A stretch of 62,067 nt of DNA, the filler included, from Perkinsus olseni (Eukaryota), in the NCBI GenBank assembly GCA_013115125.1. It is 8 parts of 8 records of this genome, joined end to end, with 100 filler letters (N's around TTAATTAATTAA, not from the genome) between each part and the next. Parts side by side here need not be neighbours in the genome. Positions count along the whole stretch, not along the records: positions 23,416 to 31,093 come from JABANN010001011.1; positions 31,194 to 38,856 come from JABANN010001012.1; 6 more parts are not named here. One strand, given 5' to 3'. Both the position numbers and the translations under genes were made by a program. This document shows, piece after piece, positions 26,401 through 37,353 of this stretch; position 1 is the stretch's first letter, and every line of letters starts with the position of its first letter. The notes under the pieces are model-generated. The model was given only the letters and a program-made list of their open reading frames with translations. It searched no databases and had not been told where the DNA came from.

Positions 26401-29255
26401 GGAGCTTTGTTGAGAAGCTCACTGAGGCAGTCCGTGTGTTCTCTGTCAAGAGGAGAATTCATTGTGACCGGTTGGTGTGTTATGTAGATGCCAGCAACGT
26501 TGCCTGGGGCGTCGATGTTTATACTACCGACGGTGTGAGGGTGCGTGCTAAGGGCGGCTTGTTCTCTAAGGAGAAGAGAGATAAATGGACGGTTCCTAGA
26601 AAGGAGCTCCTGGCCCTTATCTACGGTCGACAACTTCTGATGGAGATCTGGAAATCTGTTCCCGAATCCAAGCGAAGTTGCTGTAGTGCTCTCATTCTCT
26701 CAGACTCCCAGATTAACTGCTATAGACTTCATAAGGAGGCACAAGCGGTTGGCACTAAGGCTTGGGAGATCAAGAACATCACTGCATTGAGAGGATGGCT
26801 TTCCAACCACAATGTCAAGTTAAGGCATGTTGTCACCAACCTGAACAGCGCCGATGCTATCACTCGTGGTGTGTGCTATAATGAGGTCAAAGAAGCTGAC
26901 GTCAAGGAAGCTGCACGTTGGTGGGTCGAGGCTGATTGTGAAGGGGAAGCCCCTTGGGGCCCTACTATCGACTTCAAGTTTGAAGACTTGGAGATTGCCT
27001 CGGAGAACCAAGCGGCCGATGACGAAGGTGAGGACATCTCTATTGCGGGTCCAAAACCTGGTAATCAAGAGGAGATCGACGATGACTTCAACGTGTTCCG
27101 AGTGGATGCTGAAGAGAAGGAGACTCCCTTAGACCAGATTATAGAGAGGCATCGACATCTTCTTGAAGGAGTTCGTCGATGGAAGACTAAAGCCTTGCAG
27201 AAGCCCTATGTCGCTCCATCTTATCATGATGCGTGGATGAGCCTCATCAGATTAAGGCAGTCCGAGTCCGAGGAGATTAGCCGAATACGGTCGGTCCTCT
27301 TGGGTAAGAGCGATGATATTATGGGCATGTCTGCTAAGAAGCGTCGCCATATTAAGGCGAGCTTTGGTATATGTTCCACGACCGACGTGGTCATTCGAAG
27401 GGTGCGTCAAGACCGTTCAGCTAACATTGTCAATCAAGTAGTTGTTCCGGCTGAAGATCCTTTGATTAAGCCTCTGATGCGCAAGTACCACTACTCTCGT
27501 GCCCATGAAGGGTTCGAGGCTACGTCCTATGCTTTACAGCAAGATGTCTGGTGGCGAGGCTTGCGTCGTGATGTTCGCAATTTCGTGCGGACTTGTCTGA
27601 CATGTCGGTTGGTGCGTGGCCCTAAGAAGCATCAGGTTGAACCTGGGTTGCTTCACTCGGTACCTTCTCCGTGGTATGCGGTAGGAATTGACTTAACCGG
27701 TCCCTACAACGAGAGTGTGCAGGGCTATCGCTACTTGTTAACGATGACGTGTCTTTACTCCCGCTTTCTGGTGGCGGTCCCTCTAGTAGATATAACTAGT
27801 GATTCCGTGGTGAGAGCGTGTGAGTCTACGTTTAAGCGCCTGGGTATCCCCTCTATTATAGTAGGGGATAACGGTAGACAGTTTACTGGCTCTAAGTTTA
27901 GAGCCTACTGTTCTCGGAACCAGGTGCGCCATTGCCTGATTCCACGGTATTCTCCGTGGCTGGGAGGGAAATATGAACGAAGCCATCAACTACTCCATCG
28001 AGCGCTAGTAAGCTTGTTACACGATGAGTGTGAGAGTGGTGATTCTAAAGATTGGGTGACTTTACTGGACGATGTGTTATGCGTTATTAACTCGCGTCCT
28101 CTGAGAAGTTCCTCTTCGACGACGTCCCAGCCAGTTACGCCGGTGGAATTGATGATGGCCCGGAAGGTAACCTTTCCGGCCAATCCTCGGTTGAATGCGG
28201 ATGACTACTATCCCAGCCATGGTCTAGAGCCAATAACTCTGGATCCAGCGCGGGGTGTGTACGACCACGACTACGACGCCAAAAGAGATGCTAGAGAGTC
28301 TGTGCGTGAGGACTTGAAGAACCGCTTTGAATCCATATGGGAGGATATGCGGGAGCGTTCAAGATCTGAGCAGATCCGTGCTAATGCTGGCAGGTCCCCT
28401 CAGGTTATTTCGGAGGGAGATTGGGTGTTCATTCCTCGACCCAAACGCCACAAGCTAGACCTTCAATGGAAGGGCCCTTATAAGGTTCAGAACGTTGATG
28501 GTGTGCGAGTGTCCGTTACTGCCGGTGATCAAGTTATAGTCGACTCTATCCACAATGTGCTGAAGGTGGAATTGGAAGTCATGCCTACGTGGTGCACGAG
28601 AAAAGGTGCGTCGCGAGGAGTCCTCAAGCCGGGTATGCTAGTCTGGTTTGGTGAAGCCGAAGCTGGCATGGTGATTGAGTCGCGTGGTCAAGAAGTCCTG
28701 CTTCATATGATGAAGATTAATAGGAAGTTCAATCGAGAATTTGAAGTTAAGTCCCTCTACTTCGACGAGCGTTCTGGTTCTATCTGGGCTTACCCTTATG
28801 ACCATAATGGTCTCCCCAGCGCCGGGGAGGGTATCCCTTCGGACAGGAAGCCCCTGCTTCGTTCAAGAAGTTTCGACCCGAGAGACGATGGCAAGAATTG
28901 GAGAGTTCTTAACGTTAAACGCAAGACGGGGTGTCTGACTTATCGGTCGGCAAAATGGATTGAAGACTGGATTGGAGAAGACAACCTTTGTGCTTGTCGT
29001 GACGTGACGCGCAAAGATCTGCACGCGTGCACATCGCCCCCTCTAGCCGTTTCGGTGGTGCAACTAGTCGATGGCATCTATTACGGTTTGGAGGTTGTTA
29101 GCGTGTCTGCTAAGCGATTATACGTTGAGGATGTTGAGCCCTCAGAGGCTACGGTCTGCAATTGTTCTGTAACTGTTGTAGATGCAGCCGAATTTAGCCT
29201 TCGCTGTCGCTCGGATTTTCCCCGTCCATATTCCATGTGTGGTTCTCCCTCTCGT
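23445..29255 (+). CDS. Gag-Pol polyprotein of element A (open into the N-gap)
   Basis: 3x CX2CX4HX4C knuckles; protease LLDTGAS; RT HHPVIREGHATTPIRPV, DLSKAF, YMDD; Pao-type TRRELLSVTNALYDPLG; RNase H YVDAS...RKELLAL...SDSQI...NSADAITRG; integrase HHCC, IDLTGP, GDNGRQF, GGKYERSH, WKGPY. Confidence 0.95.
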
Positions 29256-29355
29256 NNNNNNNNNNNNNNNNNNNNNNNNNNNNNNNNNNNNNNNNNNNNN
29301 NNNNNNNNNNNNNNNNNNNNNNNNNNNNNNNNNNNNNNNNNNNNNNNNNNNNNNC

Positions 29356-30900
29356 TCTCGTCATAAGAAGACTCCTTCTACTGAGAAGAATGTCGTTGAT
29401 GATAAGCCCAAGCCCTATGTGGTGAGGAAGCTATTCAGTCAGTTCTGTCACAAGTCCAACGAGAACCAGTGGATCTCTGTCTATGACCATTATTCGCTTT
29501 ACTATGAGAACTCTACGAAGGGGAAAGCCTCTATTGTTAAGGCCTTCGAGCAGGGTGAGTTGAAGAATGGTACGGGCCACCAATATAATGGTGCTGACTA
29601 CAAGCAGAATGGTGAGACAGTTCTACCAGCTGTTGTGGTTCAGATGAGGCGCCAAGGTTTAGACGGCGCTAGAGATAGCCGTAAGATTGGTGATCCTGGC
29701 AAGTATGTCAACATCTACTCCATGCCTGTGGACCCAGCGGTCTCGGCCTGCGTGGCTGCCCTATGTCTGGGTTGGAAGATGAACTTCAAGGAGGCAGTGG
29801 AATGGATGGTTTATTGTACCCATGGGTTGATGGACTCTCAATGCTACTTTTGCACCCCCTATATCGAGGTTAAGGATGGCAAGCAGAAGGCCAGCTCTTA
29901 TGTTGATAGAAGAGAGTATGGTACGCATCGTGAGAGTGAGGAACATCTAGCCCAAGAAAAGATCATGAAGTACTACGCGATTGGCTGGTATTCTGTTACC
30001 CAGGCCATAGTGGAAGGCTTCCGTATATGCCATTGTTTGGACTATCCGAGATGGAATTCTCGTGGTGGAGCCAAGACTACTCTTGCTGGTGCAAGGCTAA
30101 GTGATCTGACCGAGGGTACTTATTATCCGTCCTCCTCATCTATTAAGTGCGCGCTATGTGACAAGTCCCCAGCGTCTGTTTGGAAGATTACTGAACACTG
30201 GTGTGGTGGTTTCAAAGGTCAAAAGATCTCTCAACACAACACCGCGGTTATGGGGTTCTTGGATGCGCATGGTTATAACGGTACGAGGACGGCTTCTACG
30301 GTTTACCTTGAGGGTAGACCTAACGCCATATGCAATGAGAAGGGCTGTGCTATGTCCCTGTGGCAAACGTCTATGAAGTTTCGTGAGCGAGACTGGCTGT
30401 GTGATACTGCTATGGGTATTCGCCTGCTTAAGACCGACGTCTACAAGGAAATAGTCCAAGTCTTGAGAAATTCGGGCAACGTCTCTTGGGTGCCTACTGT
30501 GGACTACTTTTTCCCTACTAACTACGAGTCCGTCTTGTTTGATCCGGTCGACTTAGGTCGAGTGACCGACGCTAACTTAGAGGAAGATAATGATGACTCT
30601 TCCGATGGCTGGGATCGCAAGAAGACCGAAGGTGAGTGGGTAGCTTCATCCCCTAACCGTAAGGACTCTGATGACGAGTATTATGACTCCAAGGAGGAGT
30701 GGGAAGAAGACGGTGACCATACCAGCGAGTCCAGCCTGCAGTTAAGAGAGCAGATTCTTGAATTAAGATCGATGATGATAGATCAGCAGTCTATTCTTGA
30801 CAGATTGTCTCGTGATGTGTCTGACTTGACCATTCGTGTAATGAATCCATTGTCGCGTCAGCGTGATAATCGTCGTAGTAGAAGCTATCAGCGTTGGTGA
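29356..30900 (+). CDS. Zinc-finger-containing ORF, probably the in-frame C-terminal continuation of the element A polyprotein
   Basis: 514 open codons; CYFC...HRESEEH and CALC...H...H motifs; acidic tract; C-terminal heptad-like segment; both gap flanks share CTCTCGT, which joins the two frames. Confidence 0.8.
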   Translation, partial: SRHKKTPSTEKNVVDDKPKPYVVRKLFSQFCHKSNENQWISVYDHYSLYYENSTKGKASIVKAFEQGELKNGTGHQYNGADYKQNGETVLPAVVVQMRRQGLDGARDSRKIGDPGKYVNIYSMPVDPAVSACVAALCLGWKMNFKEAVEWMVYCTHGLMDSQCYFCTPYIEVKDGKQKASSYVDRREYGTHRESEEHLAQEKIMKYYAIGWYSVTQAIVEGFRICHCLDYPRWNSRGGAKTTLAGARLSDLTEGTYYPSSSSIKCALCDKSPASVWKITEHWCGGFKGQKISQHNTAVMGFLDAHGYNGTRTASTVYLEGRPNAICNEKGCAMSLWQTSMKFRERDWLCDTAMGIRLLKTDVYKEIVQVLRNSGNVSWVPTVDYFFPTNYESVLFDPVDLGRVTDANLEEDNDDSSDGWDRKKTEGEWVASSPNRKDSDDEYYDSKEEWEEDGDHTSESSLQLREQILELRSMMIDQQSILDRLSRDVSDLTIRVMNPLSRQRDNRRSRSYQRW

Positions 30901-31039
30901 GTGCGTCTTTGATAATTACTGTGTTGAAGTCATTGCCAATGAGAGTTATTGCTGCTGAAGTTCTATTTCATCTGTTCTGCTGACTTTTTATGATAACGTA
31001 GTTGATCATTGTTTTGATAGCTACCCGAGTAGTATCAAC

Positions 31040-31093
31040 GCGGGGTGTGTTGTTGTAGACCTATGACGCGAGCCTATTTTAGGGCGAGCGAGA
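31040..31093 (+). mobile_element. Putative polypurine tract (GCGGGG) and start of 3' LTR (TGTT at ~31048)
   Basis: Lies ~150 bp after the stop codon; TG start typical of LTRs; truncated by the contig end, so no second LTR is available for confirmation. Confidence 0.5.
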
Positions 31094-31193
31094 NNNNNNN
31101 NNNNNNNNNNNNNNNNNNNNNNNNNNNNNNNNNNNNNTTAATTAATTAANNNNNNNNNNNNNNNNNNNNNNNNNNNNNNNNNNNNNNNNNNNN

Positions 31194-32818
31194 GCCAGTG
31201 AGCATCGCTGTAGTGGGCCGCAGCGGCAGCGGTAAGACAGCGTTGTGCTCGACCATACAGGCGGCCGCTGCGGCCGAGGCTGCCTGGGAGACTCATACCA
31301 TCGACCTCCTTGAGTAAGTGCTGGGCGGTACATTGGCTCAGAGGAGAAGATTGGTCGACGATTTCGCCTCCCATCCTTGGTGTTTTTTGGTGAATAGTCG
31401 AAGCAGCCAGGTCCATGCTACAGCGGAGAAAGCGATTTGGTTTCAGAACATGCGTCCTTTCGAAAGGGCTCCTCAGTGACTCGTCTCCCCAGTCGTTGGC
31501 TCCTCATGCAATCTTTTCCCGTTTGCTCGCCCGAATTTGGCCGTGAAGTTGCGTACAAGTCACGGTGTTCATCAGAAACGTGCCCGTGTGGTCGTTCGCT
31601 CAGGTGCTCTCGTGATTCAGCTGCATATAGCAATCCGCTAGGCCACTTCATAGAGACCATCGAGGATCGTTACAAGCCTGTATCCCATCACAACAGCGTC
31701 GTGGTCCTCGAGGGATGGTCGGACCTCCGCTCGGAAGAGGCCACGGCGGTCGAGGCTGTATCGGAGCACCTACCCAGTGGAGGCCGTCCAGTATGCCTGG
31801 TGCCTGTCATTTCGAAGGAGGACGCGCCCGCCTTCGCGGACGGCTATGTTGAGCTCGGTCCGCTCGATGATGCTCAGCGGTTGGACTTCTTCTCTCGATG
31901 CCTGCCCAGCTGTGCTGCCCGGACCGCCGCCGACCTCACGGAAGGTATGCTCGTCTGTGACCTCGCCAGTGTCTACCGTTTCGCCTCCCTCAAGGCGATC
32001 GACGGAGGTCGAGATAGACCACACTGTGCTGATGTGCTCCGGGCTGTGGCGCAGCTACAGCGGAAGGCCTCGAATGTCCCTCCGGTGTTGGCTGGCCGGC
32101 CGTGCATTTGCGAAGGGAAGGCCAGCGAGTCGGTGATGGTGCCCTCATGTCCTCTTGGGGAGTTCTTCGGGTCGAAGCCGCAGATCAGCCTTCTCAAGGA
32201 TTCTGTTGTGTCAAAATTCGGTCCGGGATCCCGACAATTTCAGAGCATCCTCATCACCGGGGCGTCCGGGTCCGGTAAGACGTATCTTTCCAACCTCCTT
32301 GCACGAGCCATTGGAGCTCGATCCGTGCTTCGACTGAAGGCTTCGGATATCCTCTCCAGTCTGGTGGGCGCCTCAGAGGCTAAACTGGCGGAAGTTCTCA
32401 CGGAAATCCGCAGAGAGCCCGGCCGTTTGCTACCCTCATCGACGATGTTGAATCCCTCGCCCCGGCCGACGTGACCGGTGTCAGCGGGACTGTACAACGG
32501 TTGCTGGTGACTCTGATTCAGTACGGCATTGACGATGCTGGCTGGGGCCTGCTGGTCATGACCACAGTTGACGCCGCTGCGGTACACTCGAGGTTGCGAA
32601 GGAAGTGTTTGGAGGTCCGACTGGACTCCACCCTCGATCCCATCGCGGCCGAGAGACTCTACCAGAAGTGCGCGCCGAACCTGCCGTTGCCAACCACGGG
32701 GCTCGGCTTCCTCACCCCTGCTGAGATTGTGTGGAAGGCGAGAGAAGCTGCTTGTGATGCTGTTAGAATGAAGGTTGGCGATGCTGCTATTAACGATTTA
32801 TGCAACGTTTCTTCGTAA
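31194..32818 (+). CDS. Divergent two-module AAA+ ATPase (CDC48/SPATA5/PEX-like), 5'-truncated, apparent 2-nt frameshift at ~32411-32417
   Basis: Walker A GRSGSGKT (31216-31239) and GASGSGKT (~32259-32282); DILSSLVGASEAKL pore loop; Walker B ATLIDDVESLA in a shifted frame; LTPAEI...REAA lid. Confidence 0.75.
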
Positions 32819-33165
32819 AGCTGAGGCGAGTTTCGTTTGAGATACCGAGGGCGAGCTTGGTCGCTCTATCGACGGAATGGGAGTGTCGAGGCCGCGCATG
32901 TGGGCGGTTTAAGAAAAATCTTTTCTCTTTCTCCGAGAGAGTCTCTCGCTCTCTCAAAGGTATCTCGCCCTGATTTGGAAACTCACGCAACCGTGGTCCA
33001 TGTACAACACCGGCAACAACACGTGGCGAGCAAACAGCGCTCAGCGAATAAATTCAACTACATATCAGAGTGATGAAGTAATGGACTTCTACCGGCACCG
33101 ATGTGATCAATGAAGCCACAAGCGAATGTGTGATCAGTGTCCTCACTTCGCGCTCTACCGTGTTC

Positions 33166-34263
33166 TCATACGTGATAAGCGCGTATGCGTCGAGCAACGG
33201 CAATGCTCTCCTCATCGAGATCAACATGAGCATAGTATGCCCGGAAGAAGGGTTGTCCAAGAGCTATCACGCGCTGGTCATTGACGTAAAGATAGAGCAT
33301 GCATTCGGTCGTAGTACACGGGCCAAGATAGTGCTCGGGGGACACTTTGATATCGACAATGCTGTCTCCTTTCCCGATCAATGAGTAGACGATCGAAGGC
33401 AGATGTTTCACGTGCCTCGGTCGGATCTTCAACAGTTTGTCGTCATACCAGATGAGTTCCCTACCACTGGTGGCGCGTATGCTGTCTCGTACGATCTCGA
33501 CCAGAGCGTCGAAGAGAGCGGTGGGCATTTCAATGAACGAGTTGCCGGTGTCAACTAGAGCCCAAAGATTAACAGATTTCCAAAGGGAGGGCCTTCCAGC
33601 GAGCCTCATAAACTCGATGGGAACATGGAGACGTCTCTCCCCAGGAGAGGGTGTGAGGTGGAGATGGGCCGCATCTTCGGACTTCCTTTCCGAGGCACCG
33701 AGAATCACCTTGCCGAAGTCGCCAGTCTTACCATCACGAGCTAGCACGGAGAACGATAGAGCCCCGATGACATTAGAATCTTTCAGCTGCTGCAGGAACG
33801 TCTTGGGGATACCCGGACGGCCAAAGGAAAGGCCAAGAATCGGTTCGGGAAGGTCGGCACCTACGTAGCGCACGACAAGACCGAAAGTGACTTTCACTGT
33901 TTTCCGGCCCAGATGCAATGCACCAATATGTTCAACGTACTCGTAAAGCTCGTTGACACCACCGTAACTGACCGTGAATTTCTGGCGTGTTTCGATGTCG
34001 TCGCATGGAGCTTCCGTGGTGCAGAAGTAGCAAATCATTTTGTGTTTCTCGCAGCTACCAAGACCGTAGCGCCTCTCAAACCAATCACCGTGTACGACAA
34101 AAAACCTCGCGGAGCCAGAGTCGACCAGGAAAGAGCAGGGTTGCCCGTCAATGAACAGCACAGTGTGACTGTGTTCGTCGTGAAAGGGAAGGGTTACGAC
34201 ATTGCCGCGAGTTGAGGACGCCAAGAAGGCAAGCGGAGCAGCGATGGACAGCGGTGTTCCCAT
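33166..34263 (-). CDS. Secreted pepsin-like (A1) aspartyl protease, 365 aa, intronless
   Basis: Signal peptide; FLVDSGS and ALVDTGNS catalytic motifs; ILGLSF; ALGQPFFRAYYAHVDL. Confidence 0.92.
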   Translation of the reverse strand: MGTPLSIAAPLAFLASSTRGNVVTLPFHDEHSHTVLFIDGQPCSFLVDSGSARFFVVHGDWFERRYGLGSCEKHKMICYFCTTEAPCDDIETRQKFTVSYGGVNELYEYVEHIGALHLGRKTVKVTFGLVVRYVGADLPEPILGLSFGRPGIPKTFLQQLKDSNVIGALSFSVLARDGKTGDFGKVILGASERKSEDAAHLHLTPSPGERRLHVPIEFMRLAGRPSLWKSVNLWALVDTGNSFIEMPTALFDALVEIVRDSIRATSGRELIWYDDKLLKIRPRHVKHLPSIVYSLIGKGDSIVDIKVSPEHYLGPCTTTECMLYLYVNDQRVIALGQPFFRAYYAHVDLDEESIAVARRIRAYHV

Positions 34264-34626
34264 TACAGGTAACGGGAAAACAACACTGAGTATTTTTCCA
34301 TCATCATTATCTCATTCCAGAGTCTTTCATCGTACAGGCCGTAACGTGAAAATGCAAGATGAAAAAATTATAACACGATACCGCGTCTAGTTCAAAATGG
34401 ACCGTCCAAGAGAAGTACTCCCCAGTCCGAGCAGTGTATCGTCATTTTTGCATGTTAGCTGCGTTTTCGTCCTCCCCCACGGAGGGAAGCTTACCTCAGT
34501 GCTCCTTCCTATAAGCTTTACTCAACGTGAATAATTTAGTGCCGCTTCTACGCGGGGTACAAGTTGTACCGTACAACGACAAGGCGGGCAAAGACGTGAT
34601 GCAAACTACAGTATTTCCAGACGTAC

Positions 34627-34872
34627 TTAGTTAAACCCCAAAGCGATTTAATAAAGCCCAGACCAAATTAGTTAAACCCCAAAGCGATTTAATAAAGCCC
34701 AGACCAAATTAGTTAAACCCCAAAGCGATTTAATAAAGCCCAGACCNNNNNNNNNNNNNNNNNNNNNNNNNNNNNNNNNNNNNNNNNNNNNNNNNNNNNN
34801 NNNNNNNNNNNNNNNNNNNNNNNNNNNNNNNNNNNNNNNNNNNNNNAAATTAGTTAAACCCCAAAGCGATTT
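34627..34872. repeat. 41-bp tandem minisatellite spanning an assembly gap
   Basis: Unit TTAGTTAAACCCCAAAGCGATTTAATAAAGCCCAGACCAAA, ~3 identical copies before the gap and a partial copy after it. Confidence 0.95.
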
Positions 34873-35330
34873 GATTTCATTCAAGATTGGGGATTCACTA
34901 AGAAGGTCTGGAAATGGTGTAGTCTGTAACGAAACAATTTAGGGCGAGCGAGTATTCTGTTGGCCTTTTCTCAGGCGCGCGCTACTTCGCTTATCCGCTT
35001 GTTTGTACTTCGGAGATGCGTCTGCATCAACGAGCCGATGCTAACAGCGTGTTCGGCATTGAATTCAACGATACACGGCATTGGTTGAATGTAAGAAAAT
35101 TAGTTCGTATGTTCACTTTTATTTAGCTGTTGATAAAACGGTGCACTTGCCATCCCGGGGTGACAACCCCGTCGACGCGGACGTGATCATCACCATAGGC
35201 CAATGGCCCAGGGCCATTGTGGGTTGTCATTGCATATGGTTTCAAAAAGCATTCCTTCCTACATACCGGCTTGTACCACATGCTCAAGTTATCAATGCTT
35301 CAGATTAATTATCGCCTTTCAGTGGTTTCC

Positions 35331-37353
35331 ATGTCCTCGCCCATGCCCCCTGGGGGTAGTCCCACCCCTCCAGGCTACCAGAGCGGAGGTCCCCCTCCGC
35401 CCCCGACCGACTACGCTGCTTCAGGGGCCATCGTAGAGCAGGTACAGCTCTCGATAAGGGATGCTGTGGCTCGGTGGACTGCCAATAGCGGAGGGGAAGG
35501 AATCCCCGTTGGCGTTCTCGAGACGGATCCTGCGGTTGGTACTATGCTGGCTAGGCTTGGGATGAGGTGAGAGAGGCTTCTCCGAAAATGCACTCTGACA
35601 CCCCTCTCTTGTATCTGGAAACTGTGAATTCGATGCTACCTCATCATTTTTGCGTTGCATCTTGCAATGTTGAGTCGCCTTCGGAGCCTTCATAAATCTC
35701 TCATGATCTTTTCATGTTCGATCGTCACGCTCTTGATGATCCGATTGATGATGATGATGATGATGATCATCCTCTCATGATACTCTCTTCTCGCCTCAAG
35801 AACGAGAGGACAGAGGTTCTTGATTGCTATCCCCTAGGGGACCAGCGACCTTCGGATACCCTTGCCGCTACTAAGCTCGCCAACATAATTGCGTATGGAA
35901 TGTGTTCCCATTGTTCAGTGGAATTTAGTAAGCATATTTTGTGCCGCGAGGCTGGTGTAATTTCATCAGAATTGATGCTGATGAGTCGCCAACCGCCGAA
36001 GTGGGAATCATGCTTCTTTGCAGGTTGCAAAGATTCGTCCAAGTGCATTGCCCTAACGACTTCCGAGTTTCAATGGACGGCAGAGTATCCTTGGCAACAT
36101 CTGTCGGGGGAGGAGCAGCTGCTGGCTCGATGCCCTATCAACAGCAGCAGCAACAGATGGTAGTGATGGGCTTCCAAAGCTTGATTCTTGCCTCGTGCTT
36201 GAGCCCGTTCTCAAGGGAGCATTCGAGTTCAAAGCCGGATAACCGCAACCTTTGTACTTCGAATTGAAAGTTTTGACGATATATATCATGCCGGAATTGA
36301 ATCACTTATTTCATTCGCTTCGGGATGAGTCGGATTGATGGACTCGTGTTGTCTTCGTGTGCATTTGCGCGAGTGGTACACTTCCCGATGTTTACAATCT
36401 TTTTGTGGCAGTACGTTCGATTTCAGGGTGGTGGAGTTCAGCAGCAACAACACCCCGGCGCCGGGGGTCTGCCCTCTCCAGCCCCCTCCGGCATGGTTCA
36501 ACCTGGCCCGTACGCTGCCCGGCGAGCCGCTGGAGGCCCCTACAGGCCAGCCGTCGCTCCGGCTATGCTGGCTGCCCCCTATAGCCCACTGGCTCATCAC
36601 AGAAAGGGTGGTAAAGGTGCTATGGGGCCGATGACGATGTCGCCCTCCTTCCACGCAGCTGCAGCAGCAGCCGCGGCAGCTGCTGGGTTTGGATCTCCTC
36701 TGGGAGGCCTCCCTCAGTCAGCACTGGGGGCAGTAAGGGCGGGCATGGCACCGTGGGCGGCCGCGGCAGCAGCTGCAGCGGCTCAACACATGCATATGGG
36801 AATGTTTCCGATAAATGCAGCGCATCCCGGAGCCCCGCCGGAGCCGCCGGAGCCACCGCTGTTTGTGAGGGTGAGCCCATCAGCGGCGGAAAGCCCTGTG
36901 AGGGCTCTGCAGAGCGCGCTGGCTCACCTCTCTGGTATACCACGATCATCGAAGACTATGGCCGCGTTGTTGGAGCTGGTTGCCGAGGAGAATCAGAGCA
37001 CCGATAGGAGTGGAAATCCGATTTCGAGCGACGTAGCTGGTATTATCGAGTCCCACCCAGCTGTGCGAAAAACGGTTGAGTCGATCTTACTACCACTGGT
37101 GCACTTCCAACTGCAGCAAGCAGGACATGCAGTGCCACCCGCGCCCGCCACGGCGATCGATTTGGTGAAGGTTTTGAAGGCTGTTGATGGCGGCGGTGGA
37201 ACTGGTGGTGGGGAGAAGTTACCACCGCTGCCCCGGATTAAACTGGGCGGGAAGGACAAAGCCTTCATTCAGTTCGTCCAAGCAGCAACACTCATCAAGA
37301 GCGCTTCGGTAGTGATACGGTGCTTGCCGGGGAATTTCGGGGAACCTTTCTAA
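35331..37353 (+). CDS. Pro/Gln/Ala-rich hypothetical protein; inferred exons 35331-35566, 36024-36159, 36427-~37310 or beyond
   Basis: GT-AG splicing joins ...ARLGMR|LQRFVQVHCPNDFRV...QQQM|GGGVQQQ... in frame; CTTTCAG acceptor-like site just upstream of the ATG. Confidence 0.65.

Larger units (their letters stand above)
23416..31093 (+). mobile_element. Bel/Pao-like LTR retrotransposon internal region (element A)
   Basis: Gag-PR-RT-RH-IN order in one ORF, followed by a purine tract and a TGTT LTR-like start; the contig ends where LTRs are expected. Confidence 0.9.

Noticed and set aside
29356-30900. env gene of an endogenous retrovirus-like element
   Set aside because: No signal peptide or transmembrane anchor seen; it joins pol in frame and has zinc-finger-like motifs.
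34627-34872. CRISPR array or telomere
   Set aside because: No unique spacers, eukaryotic context, internal position and a 41-bp unit.
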